A stretch of DNA of 64,000 nucleotides from Candidatus Doudnabacteria bacterium RIFCSPHIGHO2_12_FULL_48_16 (GTDB lineage: Bacteria; Patescibacteriota; Doudnabacteria; UBA920; O2-02-FULL-48-8), in assembly GCA_001780035.1 (NCBI GenBank), contig MFEY01000004.1:10399-74398 (forward strand), written 5' to 3'. Below the pieces are notes generated by a model. The model ran no database searches. It saw only the letters and a program-made list of their open reading frames with translations, and was not told the DNA's origin. The first letter of the stretch is position 1, and every line of letters begins with the position of its first letter. This document shows, in pieces, positions 45,410 to 55,821 of this stretch. The translations under genes were made by a program, and so were the position numbers.

Positions 45410-46465
45410 ATGGAAATCAACTACCTACCGCTTAAAAAAGAATCCGAAGAGATCCTGGAGAAGCTCTCCAATACTACGGATTCGCAAGAACTCGCGAAAC
45501 TCGGCCGGCGCCAAGCCGAGCTTTTGCCATTGGTCAATAAAATCGACCGGATCGAAAAGATTAAAATCGAAATCGCCGAACATGAAAAGCTCGTGGCCGA
45601 AAAATCAGAGCTGGCTGAGATGGCTCTCGCTGAACTCCCGGCCCTGCAATCCGAACTGGATGAGCTGTTGGAATATTTACGGATCGCCATGCTGCCGAGG
45701 GATCCGTATGACGACAAAAATATTGTTATGGAAATCCGGGCCGGGGCCGGGGGTGACGAAGCGGGATTGTTTGCCAGCGAGCTGTTCCGCATGTATTCCA
45801 AATATGCCGAAAGGCTCAAATACAAAACCGTCATCGTGGCCGCCAGCCGCACCTCCATCGGCGGCTACAAAGAAGTGATTTTTGAAATTCTGGGCCAAGG
45901 CGCTTATTCCAAATTTAAATATGAATCCGGAGTCCACCGGGTCCAGCGGGTGCCGGAAACCGAAAAAGCCGGCCGCGTTCACACGTCGACAATCACAGTG
46001 GCGGTCATGCCGGTGATTGAGGAAGTCGACTTCAAAATTGATCCCAAAGATATAAAAATGGAGGCCACGACGGCTTCCGGGCATGGCGGGCAATCGGTCA
46101 ACACCACTTATTCCGCCGTCCGCATGACCCATTTGCCGACCGGAATTATGGTCGTCATGCAGGATGAGCGCAGCCAAGCCCAAAACCGGGAAAAAGCCAT
46201 GATGGTTTTGCGCGCACGTGTCATGGCTCTGGAAGAAGAGCGCAAACGCAAGGAGCTGAGCGACAAACGCAAATCCCAGATCGGCACCGGCGACCGGTCA
46301 GAAAAAATCCGAACTTACAACTTTCCCCAGGACCGCATCACCGACCATCGGATCAACCAAAACTGGAGCCAGATCCAAACTATTCTCGATGGCGGCATGG
46401 GTCCAATCACCGAAGCCATGATTGCGGAGGATCAGCGCCGGCAACTCGAAAATCTGAACAAATGA
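45410..46465 (+). CDS. prfA: Peptide chain release factor 1
   Basis: GGQ motif [11 protein letters not shown]; PET tripeptide in the PxT position. Confidence 0.85.
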   Translation: MEINYLPLKKESEEILEKLSNTTDSQELAKLGRRQAELLPLVNKIDRIEKIKIEIAEHEKLVAEKSELAEMALAELPALQSELDELLEYLRIAMLPRDPYDDKNIVMEIRAGAGGDEAGLFASELFRMYSKYAERLKYKTVIVAASRTSIGGYKEVIFEILGQGAYSKFKYESGVHRVQRVPETEKAGRVHTSTITVAVMPVIEEVDFKIDPKDIKMEATTASGHGGQSVNTTYSAVRMTHLPTGIMVVMQDERSQAQNREKAMMVLRARVMALEEERKRKELSDKRKSQIGTGDRSEKIRTYNFPQDRITDHRINQNWSQIQTILDGGMGPITEAMIAEDQRRQLENLNK

Positions 46466-47352
46466 CCATTCGACAAGCATTAAACTCCGCCACTAGGATC
46501 CTTAAACGCAAAAGCACTTCCCCATCTTTGGATGCCGAGGTGCTTTTGGCATACGTGCTTAAAAAACCCAAAACAGACATTTTTGTCCGTATGGACAATT
46601 TTGTCTACAAGCGAGATCGACAAAAATTTTTAGCACTAATCAAGAAACGTTCGCAAGGCTGGCCGGTCGCTTATTTAACCCATGAAAAAGAATTTTTCGG
46701 CTTGAAATTCTACGTCGATAAAAACGTGCTGATCCCCCGCCCGGAAACCGAAGGGCTGGTTGATCTGGTTCTCGAAAAATTAAAAATTGTAAATTATAAA
46801 TTAAAAATCTTGGACATTGGGACTGGCTCGGGATGCATTATTGTTAGTTTAGCCAAGTCTTTGCGCAATGCTGAACTTGTTTCAGCATCCCAACCAAGAG
46901 ATCCTGAAATAAATTCAGAATTTCGATACTTTGCTTCTGACATCTCCTCTGCCGCTCTTAAAATTGCTCGCAAAAATGCCCGCCGGCACAAGGTTAAAGT
47001 TAACTTTAAAAAATCAAATCTTTTATCCGCATGGAAAAATCAACGATTTGACGTCATCGTCGCCAATCTTCCCTATCTGGCCAAAGAAACTGACCCCAGC
47101 ACCAAATTTGAACCTAAAAAAGCTCTAATCGCAAAAAACCACGGATTGGGCTTAATTGCAAAACTGCTCCAACAAATCTCAACGCTCAGCGCTCCTCCCT
47201 CAGCGCTCTTTCTAGAAATTGGCCACGACCAGGGGGCCAAAATAAAAAAATTGGCAGCCAAATGGCTGCCAAGCTTTGATACAAAAATATTCAGAGATAT
47301 GTCGGGAAAAAATCGCTATGCGATCCTGAACGCCCCAGACCTTATTCTTTAG
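46462..47352 (+). CDS. prmC: Release factor glutamine methyltransferase (HemK)
   Basis: GTGSGCI SAM motif and NLPY (NPPY-type) motif. 4-nt overlap with prfA. Confidence 0.8.
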   Translation: MTIRQALNSATRILKRKSTSPSLDAEVLLAYVLKKPKTDIFVRMDNFVYKRDRQKFLALIKKRSQGWPVAYLTHEKEFFGLKFYVDKNVLIPRPETEGLVDLVLEKLKIVNYKLKILDIGTGSGCIIVSLAKSLRNAELVSASQPRDPEINSEFRYFASDISSAALKIARKNARRHKVKVNFKKSNLLSAWKNQRFDVIVANLPYLAKETDPSTKFEPKKALIAKNHGLGLIAKLLQQISTLSAPPSALFLEIGHDQGAKIKKLAAKWLPSFDTKIFRDMSGKNRYAILNAPDLIL

Positions 47353-48055
47353 ACTTTTTTTCTTCTTTCTTTTCCGGCTTATTGTCTGGCTTCTCCGCTC
47401 CCTCAACAACTGCCTCGGCGGCCACTTCCGGTTTGACAACGCCCTCCACCTTGGTCACGTCTTCGGTCACCACTTCATCCAAAGCTTTCATTTCTTCTTC
47501 TGAACGAGGAGGCGCAACGTTGACGATCAATTCGTCAGGATTACCCAAAACAACAACCCGGCTGCCGACTTTCAAATCAGACAAGCGGACCATGTCTTCA
47601 AAGCCGCCCAGTATCGAAATATCAACTTCAATTGCGTGGGGCAAATCAGCCGGCAGACATTCGACTTCGACTTCCGTTAAGTTCTTAACGAGTGTGCCAC
47701 CCAAAGTTTTAACCGCCGCGGATTCGCCCACAAGATGGATCGGAACCTTAACTTTGAGCTTTTGGCTCATGTCCACGGCATAAAAATCCACGTGAATGGG
47801 CTGATCATACAAATAATGCCGCTGGACCTCCTGAATCAGGACCGGTTGGGGCTTGCCGTCCACAATCAAACTAACAATAGTGCTCTCGCCGGCGCTCTTA
47901 AACGCCTTGGCAAATTCCTTTTCGTTGAGTTCAATCTGCTGAGTATCGACTTTATGGCCATACAAAACCGCCGGCAGCTTGCCTGCGGCGCGGAGTTTGG
48001 CGACCTGTCGTCCGGTCACGGTTCGTTTGGTAGCTTGAATGGCTATCTGTTCCAT
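47342..48055 (-). CDS. rplY: Ribosomal protein L25 (Ctc form)
   Basis: MEQIAIQATKRTVTGRQVAKLRAAGKLPAVLYG. Start at the internal Met. Confidence 0.8.
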   Translation of the reverse strand: MEQIAIQATKRTVTGRQVAKLRAAGKLPAVLYGHKVDTQQIELNEKEFAKAFKSAGESTIVSLIVDGKPQPVLIQEVQRHYLYDQPIHVDFYAVDMSQKLKVKVPIHLVGESAAVKTLGGTLVKNLTEVEVECLPADLPHAIEVDISILGGFEDMVRLSDLKVGSRVVVLGNPDELIVNVAPPRSEEEMKALDEVVTEDVTKVEGVVKPEVAAEAVVEGAEKPDNKPEKKEEKKSKE

Positions 48056-48121
48056 AAGTAAAATATCTGCCTCAGGATAACACTTTTTGAAGAATTGGTC
48101 AAACCTGTATAAATAAAGCAT

Positions 48122-48160
48122 CCGTCGGCCGAAGAGGATCTTCTCCCTTCAGCCGACGGA
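48122..48160. terminator. Hairpin CCGTCGGC...GCCGACGG downstream of thrC
   Basis: 8-bp stem. Confidence 0.45.
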
Positions 48161-48191
48161 TTAGAATCCAATACTCGACGCCGCGGACTGC

Positions 48192-49361
48192 CTAGCCCAG
48201 AACGTCGATGTATTTATACATGCCGCCGGTGTTGAAGACGACCACCGTGTCGTCCTGTTTGATCGAACCGGCTTCACGGAGCACGTGCACCGCGTGCATC
48301 GCCGCACCACCCTCAGGTGCCGCATTGATGCCTTCAAAGCGACCGAGGTCGCGCATGCCCTGAACCATGTCCGTGTCCGCGACGGCGACCGCTGCGCCCT
48401 GGCTCTCACGCACGGCGCGCAGAACCAGAAAATCGCCAATGGCCCGAGGCACCCGCAAGCCGTCCGCGATTGTGGTCGCGTTCTCCCACGGCCGGGCCTT
48501 CTCCGTACCTTCATCGAATGCACGCACGATCGGCGCGCAGTTGGCGGCCTGAACCGTGACCATATGCGGCCGCTTGACTGGATCGATCCACCCCATGGCG
48601 CTCATTTCCTCGAACGCCTTCCACATGCCAACCATGCCGGTTCCGCCACCGGTCGGGTAGATGATCCAATCGGGCAAGCGCCAACCGAACTGTTCGGCGA
48701 GTTCGTAGCCCATGATCTTCTTGCCCTCGATGCGATACGGCTCCTTGAGCGTAGAGACGTCATACCAGCCGAGCGGTCCGCCCGTTTCGGCGGCAATCCG
48801 ACCGGCGTCAGTAATGAGTCCATCCACGAGTGTGACCTTGGCGCCGTACAACTCGCATTCGCGGATGAACGGCGTCTTCACGTCGCGCGGCATAAACACC
48901 TGAGCCTCAAGTCCCGCCTTGGCCGCATACGCTGCCATGGCACAGCCGGCGTTGCCGGCCGTGGGGATGGACAGGACCTGGGCGCCGAGATACATGGCCC
49001 GTGTCACAGCCGCGGACAGCCCGCGCGCCTTGAACGAATTGGTCGGGTTCAGTGATTCATCCTTGACGAAAAGTTTCGTGAGACCGAGCTCGCGCCCCAG
49101 CCGTTCGGCGTGAACCAGCGGTGTCCAACCCTCGCCGAGCGACACCGGCGCCTCACCAGGCAGCAGTGGCATCACTTCGCTATACCGCCACATCGATCGC
49201 TCGTCCATGATCATGGCGCTGCGACCCTTTTTGCAGGCGGCATCGAGGTTGTAGCGCACCAGCAACGGCATCCCGCACTCGCAGAGATGGTGCGGTTGTC
49301 GAGGATCGAATGGACCGGCGCCACAAGGCACTGAACATTCCAAATAAAATGACAGTCGCAT
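48192..49361 (-). CDS. thrC: Threonine synthase with N-terminal Zn-ribbon (high-GC gene)
   Basis: FVKDESLNPTNSFKARG PLP-lysine signature; CSVPCG...CECG ribbon. Confidence 0.75.
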   Translation of the reverse strand: MRLSFYLECSVPCGAGPFDPRQPHHLCECGMPLLVRYNLDAACKKGRSAMIMDERSMWRYSEVMPLLPGEAPVSLGEGWTPLVHAERLGRELGLTKLFVKDESLNPTNSFKARGLSAAVTRAMYLGAQVLSIPTAGNAGCAMAAYAAKAGLEAQVFMPRDVKTPFIRECELYGAKVTLVDGLITDAGRIAAETGGPLGWYDVSTLKEPYRIEGKKIMGYELAEQFGWRLPDWIIYPTGGGTGMVGMWKAFEEMSAMGWIDPVKRPHMVTVQAANCAPIVRAFDEGTEKARPWENATTIADGLRVPRAIGDFLVLRAVRESQGAAVAVADTDMVQGMRDLGRFEGINAAPEGGAAMHAVHVLREAGSIKQDDTVVVFNTGGMYKYIDVLG

Positions 49362-49501
49362 GTCAGTCTCCTCACAAAACGGTTTTGCCCGGAAATGAGC
49401 AGAACCAAAGATCCTCTTTCGAATTGATAGAGTATCTTATCAATCGAGAGCAAAGAAGTCAAACAAAAAAATCCCGCCAACAGCAAAATTAAATTTAAAA
49501 A

Positions 49502-49858
49502 TTATTTCAGGATGGATCTAAAATCCCCGTCGAATTCTCTCAAGAACTCATGAGTCGCCAGGACTTCATCGGAGGAAATCGGCTGGCTGTTTTTGAACTT
49601 GCTGGTATCTTGCGATGTCAGATCAGTCACCATGCCGATGGAGAAAATCTCCGGCCCGTCAATGGCAATCGAAAATACCACCGAACTTTTACATTTGTCG
49701 CAGTCGGTATGGACCAAGATGCTGCGGCCCATCATCGGCTTGTCGTCAGCCGCGTCAATGATTTTGGTCTGCGACGCTTCGTATTTATGCCCGCAGACAG
49801 GACAGCGCAGAATATGCGCCAGCCATTGCAAAATTCGATTTAAATCAAACTTTTTCAT
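49502..49858 (-). CDS. Zn-ribbon protein (hypothetical)
   Basis: CPVCGH...CDKCK. Confidence 0.4.
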   Translation of the reverse strand: MKKFDLNRILQWLAHILRCPVCGHKYEASQTKIIDAADDKPMMGRSILVHTDCDKCKSSVVFSIAIDGPEIFSIGMVTDLTSQDTSKFKNSQPISSDEVLATHEFLREFDGDFRSILK

Positions 49859-49924
49859 TCGTAATTGTTACTCGATACCCCAAAATCTGTATGCCTTAAG
49901 TTTATTACACTTTTTGACCCCCCG

Positions 49925-51352
49925 TCAATCAGCTGACGTTTCCGGAAGCAACCGAGGGCGGCAATCGTAAATGCCGATATAATTGTCGGTTTCGTTGGAA
50001 GTGCTGGGGAACAATTTAAGTGGCTGGCAGAACTCGACAAACACCGCGCGCGAAAAATATCCTTCAAATCCCGTTTGGTTAATTCCATACTCCGGATAGT
50101 CGCTGATTCTGGCCAGCAAGTAAATCCCCTCCGTAGCGGCCTGCCGACTGACAGTTTCCAAATCCAGGGTGCCAGCGGAAAAAACCTGGGCATTGGTATC
50201 GATATAATTGCCAAAAAGTTTTTTGCCCGATAGCAAAGCGACGGCCGGCGCCAGCTCATGCGAACCATAAATTTGGCTGTGAGCGGTTTGCGCCTGCAGA
50301 AAACTTCCGATTTCTTGAACGTTCAAAAACCGGCCGCTAAGCAATACCGTGGTTTGATATTGATAAAAGCCAAACAGCAAATTAACCACCAAAGCCAGCA
50401 GCGCCACTAGTGCCAGCGGTCTGACTTCCGGGCTTTGGACCGCTCTAGCGGCAAAGCCGACGGAGAGCAGGACCAAATAAGGGAATAAAAATGACAAATA
50501 CAGATAATAGAGATCCCGAAAAAACAGAAAAAAAATAACCGAGAAAGCCAGCGGCCAGAAATATTCCCGCCCGGATTTATAAAACACGCCAGCCAGGCCG
50601 GCCAGCCAGAATGCCCATTCGTGGCTTAAGAAGAACCGCCAGACCGCCCACGAGTTGAGGCCGGACGTGCGATGCAATTGATGTAAGATAATCGAATCAA
50701 TCAGGCCCCGGGGTGACATAAGCAAAAACGGCAGCATCACAATTGTCCCGCTCGCCGCCAGCCCCCAGATAAAATGCCAGGAAAATTTTTTGGCCAAAAT
50801 CAAATACAGCAGCCAACCGAGCAATGCCGGCAGCGCATAAAGCTTGGTCAGCGCGGCCAAAGACCAAAAAACCCCGGACCAAAACGGATGTCGGGCCTGG
50901 TATAAAAAATCCCCGAGCAATGCGAACAGAACAACCAATTGCACTCCGGTGGAAAAATCCGAAGTGGCCAGAACGGTAAACGAAAATAAATAAAGGACCG
51001 GCGCCAAGAAAGCTAGGTGGTTCGTCGGCTTAAGCAAGCGCCAGAGCAAAACGGCGTTGATAATCTGCAAAATTACCGGTATTGTCTGATACCATAGCCA
51101 GTGGGTGCCAAAAATTGTCCGAACCAGGCTTAAAAACAGCACGAAGAACGGCGGATCAGCCAAAAAGAAATCCCGATAAGGCCAATGGCCATGCAAAAAC
51201 TGATCCACCATATACAAATACGCGTTGCCGTCGCCAAACCGCCAGGCCAGGTTTGAAAGTTTGTAAATTAAAAAAGCCAAGCAGGCTGAAATCACAATCA
51301 GGTTCTGTCTGGTAAATATATATTTAAATATGTATTTTAATCTATCCGGCAT
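49925..51352 (-). CDS. Multi-pass membrane protein, GT-C-fold glycosyltransferase-like (ArnT/PMT-like)
   Basis: About 11 TM helices with an aromatic-rich large loop. Confidence 0.4.
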   Translation of the reverse strand: MPDRLKYIFKYIFTRQNLIVISACLAFLIYKLSNLAWRFGDGNAYLYMVDQFLHGHWPYRDFFLADPPFFVLFLSLVRTIFGTHWLWYQTIPVILQIINAVLLWRLLKPTNHLAFLAPVLYLFSFTVLATSDFSTGVQLVVLFALLGDFLYQARHPFWSGVFWSLAALTKLYALPALLGWLLYLILAKKFSWHFIWGLAASGTIVMLPFLLMSPRGLIDSIILHQLHRTSGLNSWAVWRFFLSHEWAFWLAGLAGVFYKSGREYFWPLAFSVIFFLFFRDLYYLYLSFLFPYLVLLSVGFAARAVQSPEVRPLALVALLALVVNLLFGFYQYQTTVLLSGRFLNVQEIGSFLQAQTAHSQIYGSHELAPAVALLSGKKLFGNYIDTNAQVFSAGTLDLETVSRQAATEGIYLLARISDYPEYGINQTGFEGYFSRAVFVEFCQPLKLFPSTSNETDNYIGIYDCRPRLLPETSAD

Positions 51353-51356
51353 TGTT

Positions 51357-52457
51357 TCAGTCAAACCTGACCGCCCGTTGCCGCGCAATCACGCTTTGCA
51401 CCAGGCCCAAAGCGAGCATAGTGGTAATGAGCGAGCTGCCGCCATAACTGAGCAGCGGCAATGGAATGCCGGTCACTGGCATCAAACCGACATTCATCCC
51501 AATGTTGATTAAAAACTGGATCAAGAGCATAAAAAATATCCCCAGGGTCAGATACATCCCAAAGTTATCGCGGGCCAGCTTGCAGGCTTTAATGATTCGG
51601 GCAAACATGACGCCAAACATCGTTAAAATAAACAAGCTGCCGACCAGGCCCAATTCTTCAGCCGTGGAAGCAAAAATGAAGTCAGTTTGCCGCTCCGGCA
51701 AAAACTTAAGCTGGGATTGCAGGCCGCGGCCGACTCCCCGGCCGGTCATGGAGCCTGACCCGACCGCGATGATTGATTGAATGACATTGTAGCCCCGGCC
51801 GCGGGGATCGGCTTGCGGGTCCAAAAACGTATAGATCCGGTTTTTCTGGTAATCATGCAGCACAAAAAACCAGCCGAACACGCCCAAGACCACGGCGATC
51901 AAAGCCAATATGGCCAGATGTTTTTTGTTCATTCTGGAAAACAGCAACATGCAAAGCCAGGTCAAAAATAGGACCAATGAGGTCCCCAAGTCCGGCTCAA
52001 TTAAAATCAGGCCGGCCGGGACAGCGACGTATACGGCGGAGAGCAGGACATACCAGAGACTCTTAATCTTTTCGCCTGATTGATCCAGGAATTTGGCCAT
52101 AATGATGACCATAAACAGCTTGGCAAATTCCGCCGGCTGCAAACGGAAAATCCAGAGGTCAATCCAGCGAGTCGAGCCCTGAATGTTTCGGCCGAATAGC
52201 CAGACCGCGATCAGCAGCAAAACCGTAATTATATACAAAACTCCCGTGGTTTTTTTTAGCTTGCGATAATCAAAAAACGCCACGGCAAACAAAGCCACAA
52301 AACCCAGGACGGCGTAAACCGACTGGCGACCGAGCAAATTGGTTGGGCTATTGAGTGTTGTGGAATAAATCATCAACAAACCCAAAACGAGCAGCAGAGA
52401 ACTGCTGCTGAAAATATAAAGATCAAAGTATTTGAATCCCGAGAGCCAATTTCTCAT
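51357..52457 (-). CDS. ftsW: SEDS family peptidoglycan polymerase FtsW/RodA
   Basis: 10 TM; SIIAVGSGSMTGRGVGRG and FIFASTAEELG motifs. Confidence 0.85.
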   Translation of the reverse strand: MRNWLSGFKYFDLYIFSSSSLLLVLGLLMIYSTTLNSPTNLLGRQSVYAVLGFVALFAVAFFDYRKLKKTTGVLYIITVLLLIAVWLFGRNIQGSTRWIDLWIFRLQPAEFAKLFMVIIMAKFLDQSGEKIKSLWYVLLSAVYVAVPAGLILIEPDLGTSLVLFLTWLCMLLFSRMNKKHLAILALIAVVLGVFGWFFVLHDYQKNRIYTFLDPQADPRGRGYNVIQSIIAVGSGSMTGRGVGRGLQSQLKFLPERQTDFIFASTAEELGLVGSLFILTMFGVMFARIIKACKLARDNFGMYLTLGIFFMLLIQFLINIGMNVGLMPVTGIPLPLLSYGGSSLITTMLALGLVQSVIARQRAVRFD

Positions 52458-52524
52458 CCCGTTAGAAATAGTGATTAGTTAATTTATATTATTTTTACAA
52501 TCAACGCAGAATTTCTAACGGGAC
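52458..52524 (-). repeat. Inverted-repeat element copy b; fills the gap between the stop of gene 52525-53343 and the ftsW ATG
   Basis: TGA-GTCCCGTTAGAAAT...TAACTAATCACTATTTCTAACGGG-ATG. Confidence 0.7.
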
Positions 52525-53343
52525 TCATTGCTGGTCAAAAGGCGATATGCCCGCATCGGTTGATAAAATATTACGGTCAAAAATATTTATTTCCGGGACA
52601 ATCTCAGCCCGCACTGCGCCGGTAACCGGGCTGGCCCAAACATACTGGAAGGTCCGCGTTTCGCCGGACCGGACCTGATTTAGATAAGTGAAATTCACTC
52701 CCACCACTTCATTTTTGGCATTATAAAGCGCCACTGGCAGATTGATTTGATTGATGGTAAACGCGCTCAGGTTCCGGATTCCCGCTGAAACCAAGGTCGC
52801 ATCATTGCCGGTTTTAAAACTGACGCGCTCCAATTCAACGGTCAGACTCAGTGCCGGCTTGCGCAAGAACTCCGTGGCCTCCAAAGTTACCTGTATGGTC
52901 TCCGGTTTCTGTTGGGAGGTGAAACGAGAAAACACGACCAGTTTTTCCGAAGCCGGGAGAATAAAAACTGCACCGGCAATCCGGTTGATCAAAGTGCCCC
53001 CCAAGGTTTTGAATTCCACGGTGTAACGCTGGGCGGGAGTGCCCCATTCCAAATTGACGTTTTTGATCCTAATATATCCGGAGTAAGCGTTCTGGCCGAG
53101 GCTGAAAATTTTCTGATCCATAACCGAGAGCGGCACGGTGACGGCTTCGGTGTAAATCACCTGTGGCGGATGATAACTGCTCACGATTGCCCGCGTCAAC
53201 AAAAATTTGGCCGTATAAAACATCGGAATGATAGCAACAATCGTGATGATCAGGGCATACCACCATCCCCGGCCGGTTTCGGTCAAAAGATCGCCGGCAA
53301 TCAACCCCCATTCTTGCAACCGTTCATTTTTATTTAAAGCCAT
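52525..53343 (-). CDS. N-terminally anchored hypothetical protein (beta-rich periplasmic domain)
   Basis: Single TM, no recognised domain. Confidence 0.45.
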   Translation of the reverse strand: MALNKNERLQEWGLIAGDLLTETGRGWWYALIITIVAIIPMFYTAKFLLTRAIVSSYHPPQVIYTEAVTVPLSVMDQKIFSLGQNAYSGYIRIKNVNLEWGTPAQRYTVEFKTLGGTLINRIAGAVFILPASEKLVVFSRFTSQQKPETIQVTLEATEFLRKPALSLTVELERVSFKTGNDATLVSAGIRNLSAFTINQINLPVALYNAKNEVVGVNFTYLNQVRSGETRTFQYVWASPVTGAVRAEIVPEINIFDRNILSTDAGISPFDQQ

Positions 53344-53471
53344 TGTGTTTCTCAGGTTTAAAAAGGCAAATAAATTATACCACTTCTTGTACCAAAATCA
53401 AAACAATCTAGGTCACTTTTCATGCAACTCCTTTCATACAACTCTACAACTCCTTGCCTCTTTCCTACCCA

Positions 53472-53509
53472 CATAGTACACTTTAAGCGATCGTGTAATC
53501 CGTACTATG
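53472..53509 (+). repeat. 38-bp direct repeat 1 (CATAGTAC-N22-GTACTATG), ending on the ATG of gene 53507
   Basis: Partner at 54073-54110 is about 80% identical; each copy has 8-bp palindromic ends. Confidence 0.65.
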
Positions 53510-54061
53510 AAACCAAAAAACGAATTATCATATAAAATCTTAAAAATACTTAGCGTAGGAGCCCTGATTACGGCAGTCTCGATACTCTCCCCGACCCTAC
53601 CTTATGTCTTGCTGCGTGCATATTTGAGGCGGAAACTCAGGACTAAGTATACTCCTTATCAAATTAATAATAGCTTGGCCTATTTGAAGCGTAAAAAATT
53701 TATTGCTTTTAAGTTCAAAGAACGCAAACTTAAAATTATGATTAGTAAACTTGGTCGGCGGCATTTTGCTAAACAAAGCATGAATGAAATCGAGATCAAA
53801 CCCACAACATGGGATAGACGATGGCGATTGTTGACTTTTGATATTCCGGAAAATCACAAAGGCGCTAGACAAACATTTCGCCGTAAACTAAAGGATCTGG
53901 GATTTTTTCACTTTCAACGTAGCGTCTTTATTTTCCCTTACGCCTGTGAGCTTGAGCTCGGAGAACTGGCGAATATTTTGGATATCAGGGAATATGTGCA
54001 TATACTAATTTGTGACCGGTTCCCAGGCGACCAACCCTTAGTCAAAAAATTCAAACTATAA
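53507..54061 (+). CDS. PaaX-family-like transcriptional regulator (winged helix plus C-terminal domain)
   Basis: WDRRWRLLTFDIPENHKGARQTFRRKLKDLGFFHFQRSVFIFPY resembles the PaaX C-terminal pattern. Confidence 0.4.
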   Translation: MKPKNELSYKILKILSVGALITAVSILSPTLPYVLLRAYLRRKLRTKYTPYQINNSLAYLKRKKFIAFKFKERKLKIMISKLGRRHFAKQSMNEIEIKPTTWDRRWRLLTFDIPENHKGARQTFRRKLKDLGFFHFQRSVFIFPYACELELGELANILDIREYVHILICDRFPGDQPLVKKFKL

Positions 54062-54072
54062 CAATTCCGGAC

Positions 54073-54110
54073 CATAGTACATTTTAAGCGATCGCGCATT
54101 TTGTACTATT
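54073..54110 (+). repeat. 38-bp direct repeat 2
   Basis: See repeat 1. Confidence 0.65.
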
Positions 54111-54159
54111 GAATATTATTAAACATTAAACGAATAAAGATAAAAAAATAAAAGAAAAA

Positions 54160-54195
54160 CGGGTCTCGCGTGCACTTGCGTGCACGCGAGACCCC
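54160..54195 (-). terminator. Terminator GGGTCTCGCGTGCActtgcgTGCACGCGAGACCC plus T-run, downstream of the asparaginase operon
   Basis: 14-bp perfect stem. Confidence 0.65.
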
Positions 54196-54215
54196 GGAAT
54201 CGTGTTTGACCACTG

Positions 54216-54563
54216 TCACGACTGGACCGGTCGGTCGGACTGAGGAGCGATGGCGGCAATGGTAGCGCGGGTATATGCGATACCTCTGCGGTGCATCTCC
54301 GCCAAAACCCGATTTGCGTTCATCGGGTTCTCGATCACGTTGTAGCCAACGGCGGCTGTGACCGAACACTCGCCATTGGGCTTGTCGATGACCACGGCCG
54401 ACATGACCTTGAAATCGACAGCCTGACAAATTGTGCTCAAGCTGCCCAGAAACTGCTGCGTCGCGTGGTTGATCAGCTCTGTGGCCATCGCTTCGCGCTT
54501 TGCCTGATCCTTTTCAGCGCGAATCCGATCGAGGCTTGCCGACGGGCTATTCCACATTATCAC
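54216..54563 (-). CDS. Small protein, possibly GlcG/DUF336-like
   Basis: High-GC ORF overlapping the asparaginase gene by 17 nt; weak resemblance only. Confidence 0.3.
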   Translation of the reverse strand: MIMWNSPSASLDRIRAEKDQAKREAMATELINHATQQFLGSLSTICQAVDFKVMSAVVIDKPNGECSVTAAVGYNVIENPMNANRVLAEMHRRGIAYTRATIAAIAPQSDRPVQS

Positions 54564-55689
54564 TCCTCCTCCTCCTCGCTGTCGGCTTCGGGTTGAACCA
54601 CATCGTTACATCCTCATCGATTCCCGGAAGCAGTTCGCCCACAATGTTGGTTGAGATGAACTCCTGAATTCGCGCCGGATCGTTGGGGTACATCGCGATA
54701 GCCTGGCGGAATTTGAAATCCGCCATGTCTGGGGTCAGACTCTCGAGACTCAAAGCCCCAGCGTCCTTGGCCTTCTTGCCCAGTTCGTAACGGTCAAGAA
54801 TGACTCGGCCATCTTCAAACGGAGACAAAATTCCCACGTGGATGCCCGCTTCCGTTGCGGCCTTGATGGCATCGATCCAAGAGTACTCCTCGCCGGATTC
54901 ATCATCCCGCCAGTTCTTGTCAGGGATGTTGCCGGCGCCCTTGGCCTCGAGAATCACACCCTTGAGCCGGCGTTTGGTCACCATGTCCATCAAAACCCAC
55001 GGCGGTGTGTCGGCTGAAACCTTAAAGGTCGCGACCCAACGCTCGAAGTTCACGTCGAGACGTAATCCCTGAACAGCCAGGACGCGATCCTTGCGCTGCA
55101 GCCCTTCCTCGAGCCGGATGTGTGGCCATGAATGCGCCACGGGATGACGGCCAGGGGTATGAAACGCATTCGGATCGGACTCTGCGCGCTTGCGCACGCG
55201 ACTGCCGTCCAAAACGTCTCCGATACAGACGCTGTAGACGCCCACCACGCCATGGTTATGGAATGCCTTGGCGACTCGCAACGTATTGCCGATCTGCATG
55301 GCGACGTCTGAGCCAATTTCGCTCTTGCTCATCTGTGCACCGATCACGAAGACCGGTTTCTGCAACGAGAGCTTGAAAATCATGCTCAAGGCGCCACAGG
55401 TTTCAGCGAGACTGTCCGTGCCGTGAAGAACGACGAACGCGTCGTGGTCGTCGTAGCTCTTACGAATCTCTCCAGCCATGGCCACGCGCTCGATGTGCTG
55501 GATGTTCGTTGAATCCTGGCGACTCACGAAGTCAGCCAAGGTCAACTCAACGTCCAGTGGGATGTTGATTCCTCTCAGCAACTCCTCGGCCGACTGCGCC
55601 GGCCGCAGAGGTTCACCGATCATCCCCAAAGTGCCACCGGTGTTTAGAACGTAAACCTTCATCTCGTCACTCCTACTATTTTTGCACAC
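54547..55689 (-). CDS. L-asparaginase family protein (high-GC gene)
   Basis: VLNTGGTLGM (TGGTIA-type) and HGTDSLAETCGAL (HGTDT-type) motifs. Confidence 0.7.
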   Translation of the reverse strand: MCKNSRSDEMKVYVLNTGGTLGMIGEPLRPAQSAEELLRGINIPLDVELTLADFVSRQDSTNIQHIERVAMAGEIRKSYDDHDAFVVLHGTDSLAETCGALSMIFKLSLQKPVFVIGAQMSKSEIGSDVAMQIGNTLRVAKAFHNHGVVGVYSVCIGDVLDGSRVRKRAESDPNAFHTPGRHPVAHSWPHIRLEEGLQRKDRVLAVQGLRLDVNFERWVATFKVSADTPPWVLMDMVTKRRLKGVILEAKGAGNIPDKNWRDDESGEEYSWIDAIKAATEAGIHVGILSPFEDGRVILDRYELGKKAKDAGALSLESLTPDMADFKFRQAIAMYPNDPARIQEFISTNIVGELLPGIDEDVTMWFNPKPTARRRRSDNVE

Positions 55690-55821
55690 CTGTTAAGGGT
55701 GGCTGCCTGGAACCTCCAAACGCATATAGCGCCTGGCACAGGACCTGTGAATATAGCGTTTTTAAAGCGTTTTGTCAATAGTTTTGCATTGTTTCTGATT
55801 TTTGCCATAATACCACTACTT

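Noticed and set aside
48285-49334. Plus-strand ORFs 48285-49055, 48367-48552, 48919-49113 and 49110-49334 overlapping thrC
   Set aside because: Same high-GC artefact; thrC has a clear PLP signature on the minus strand.
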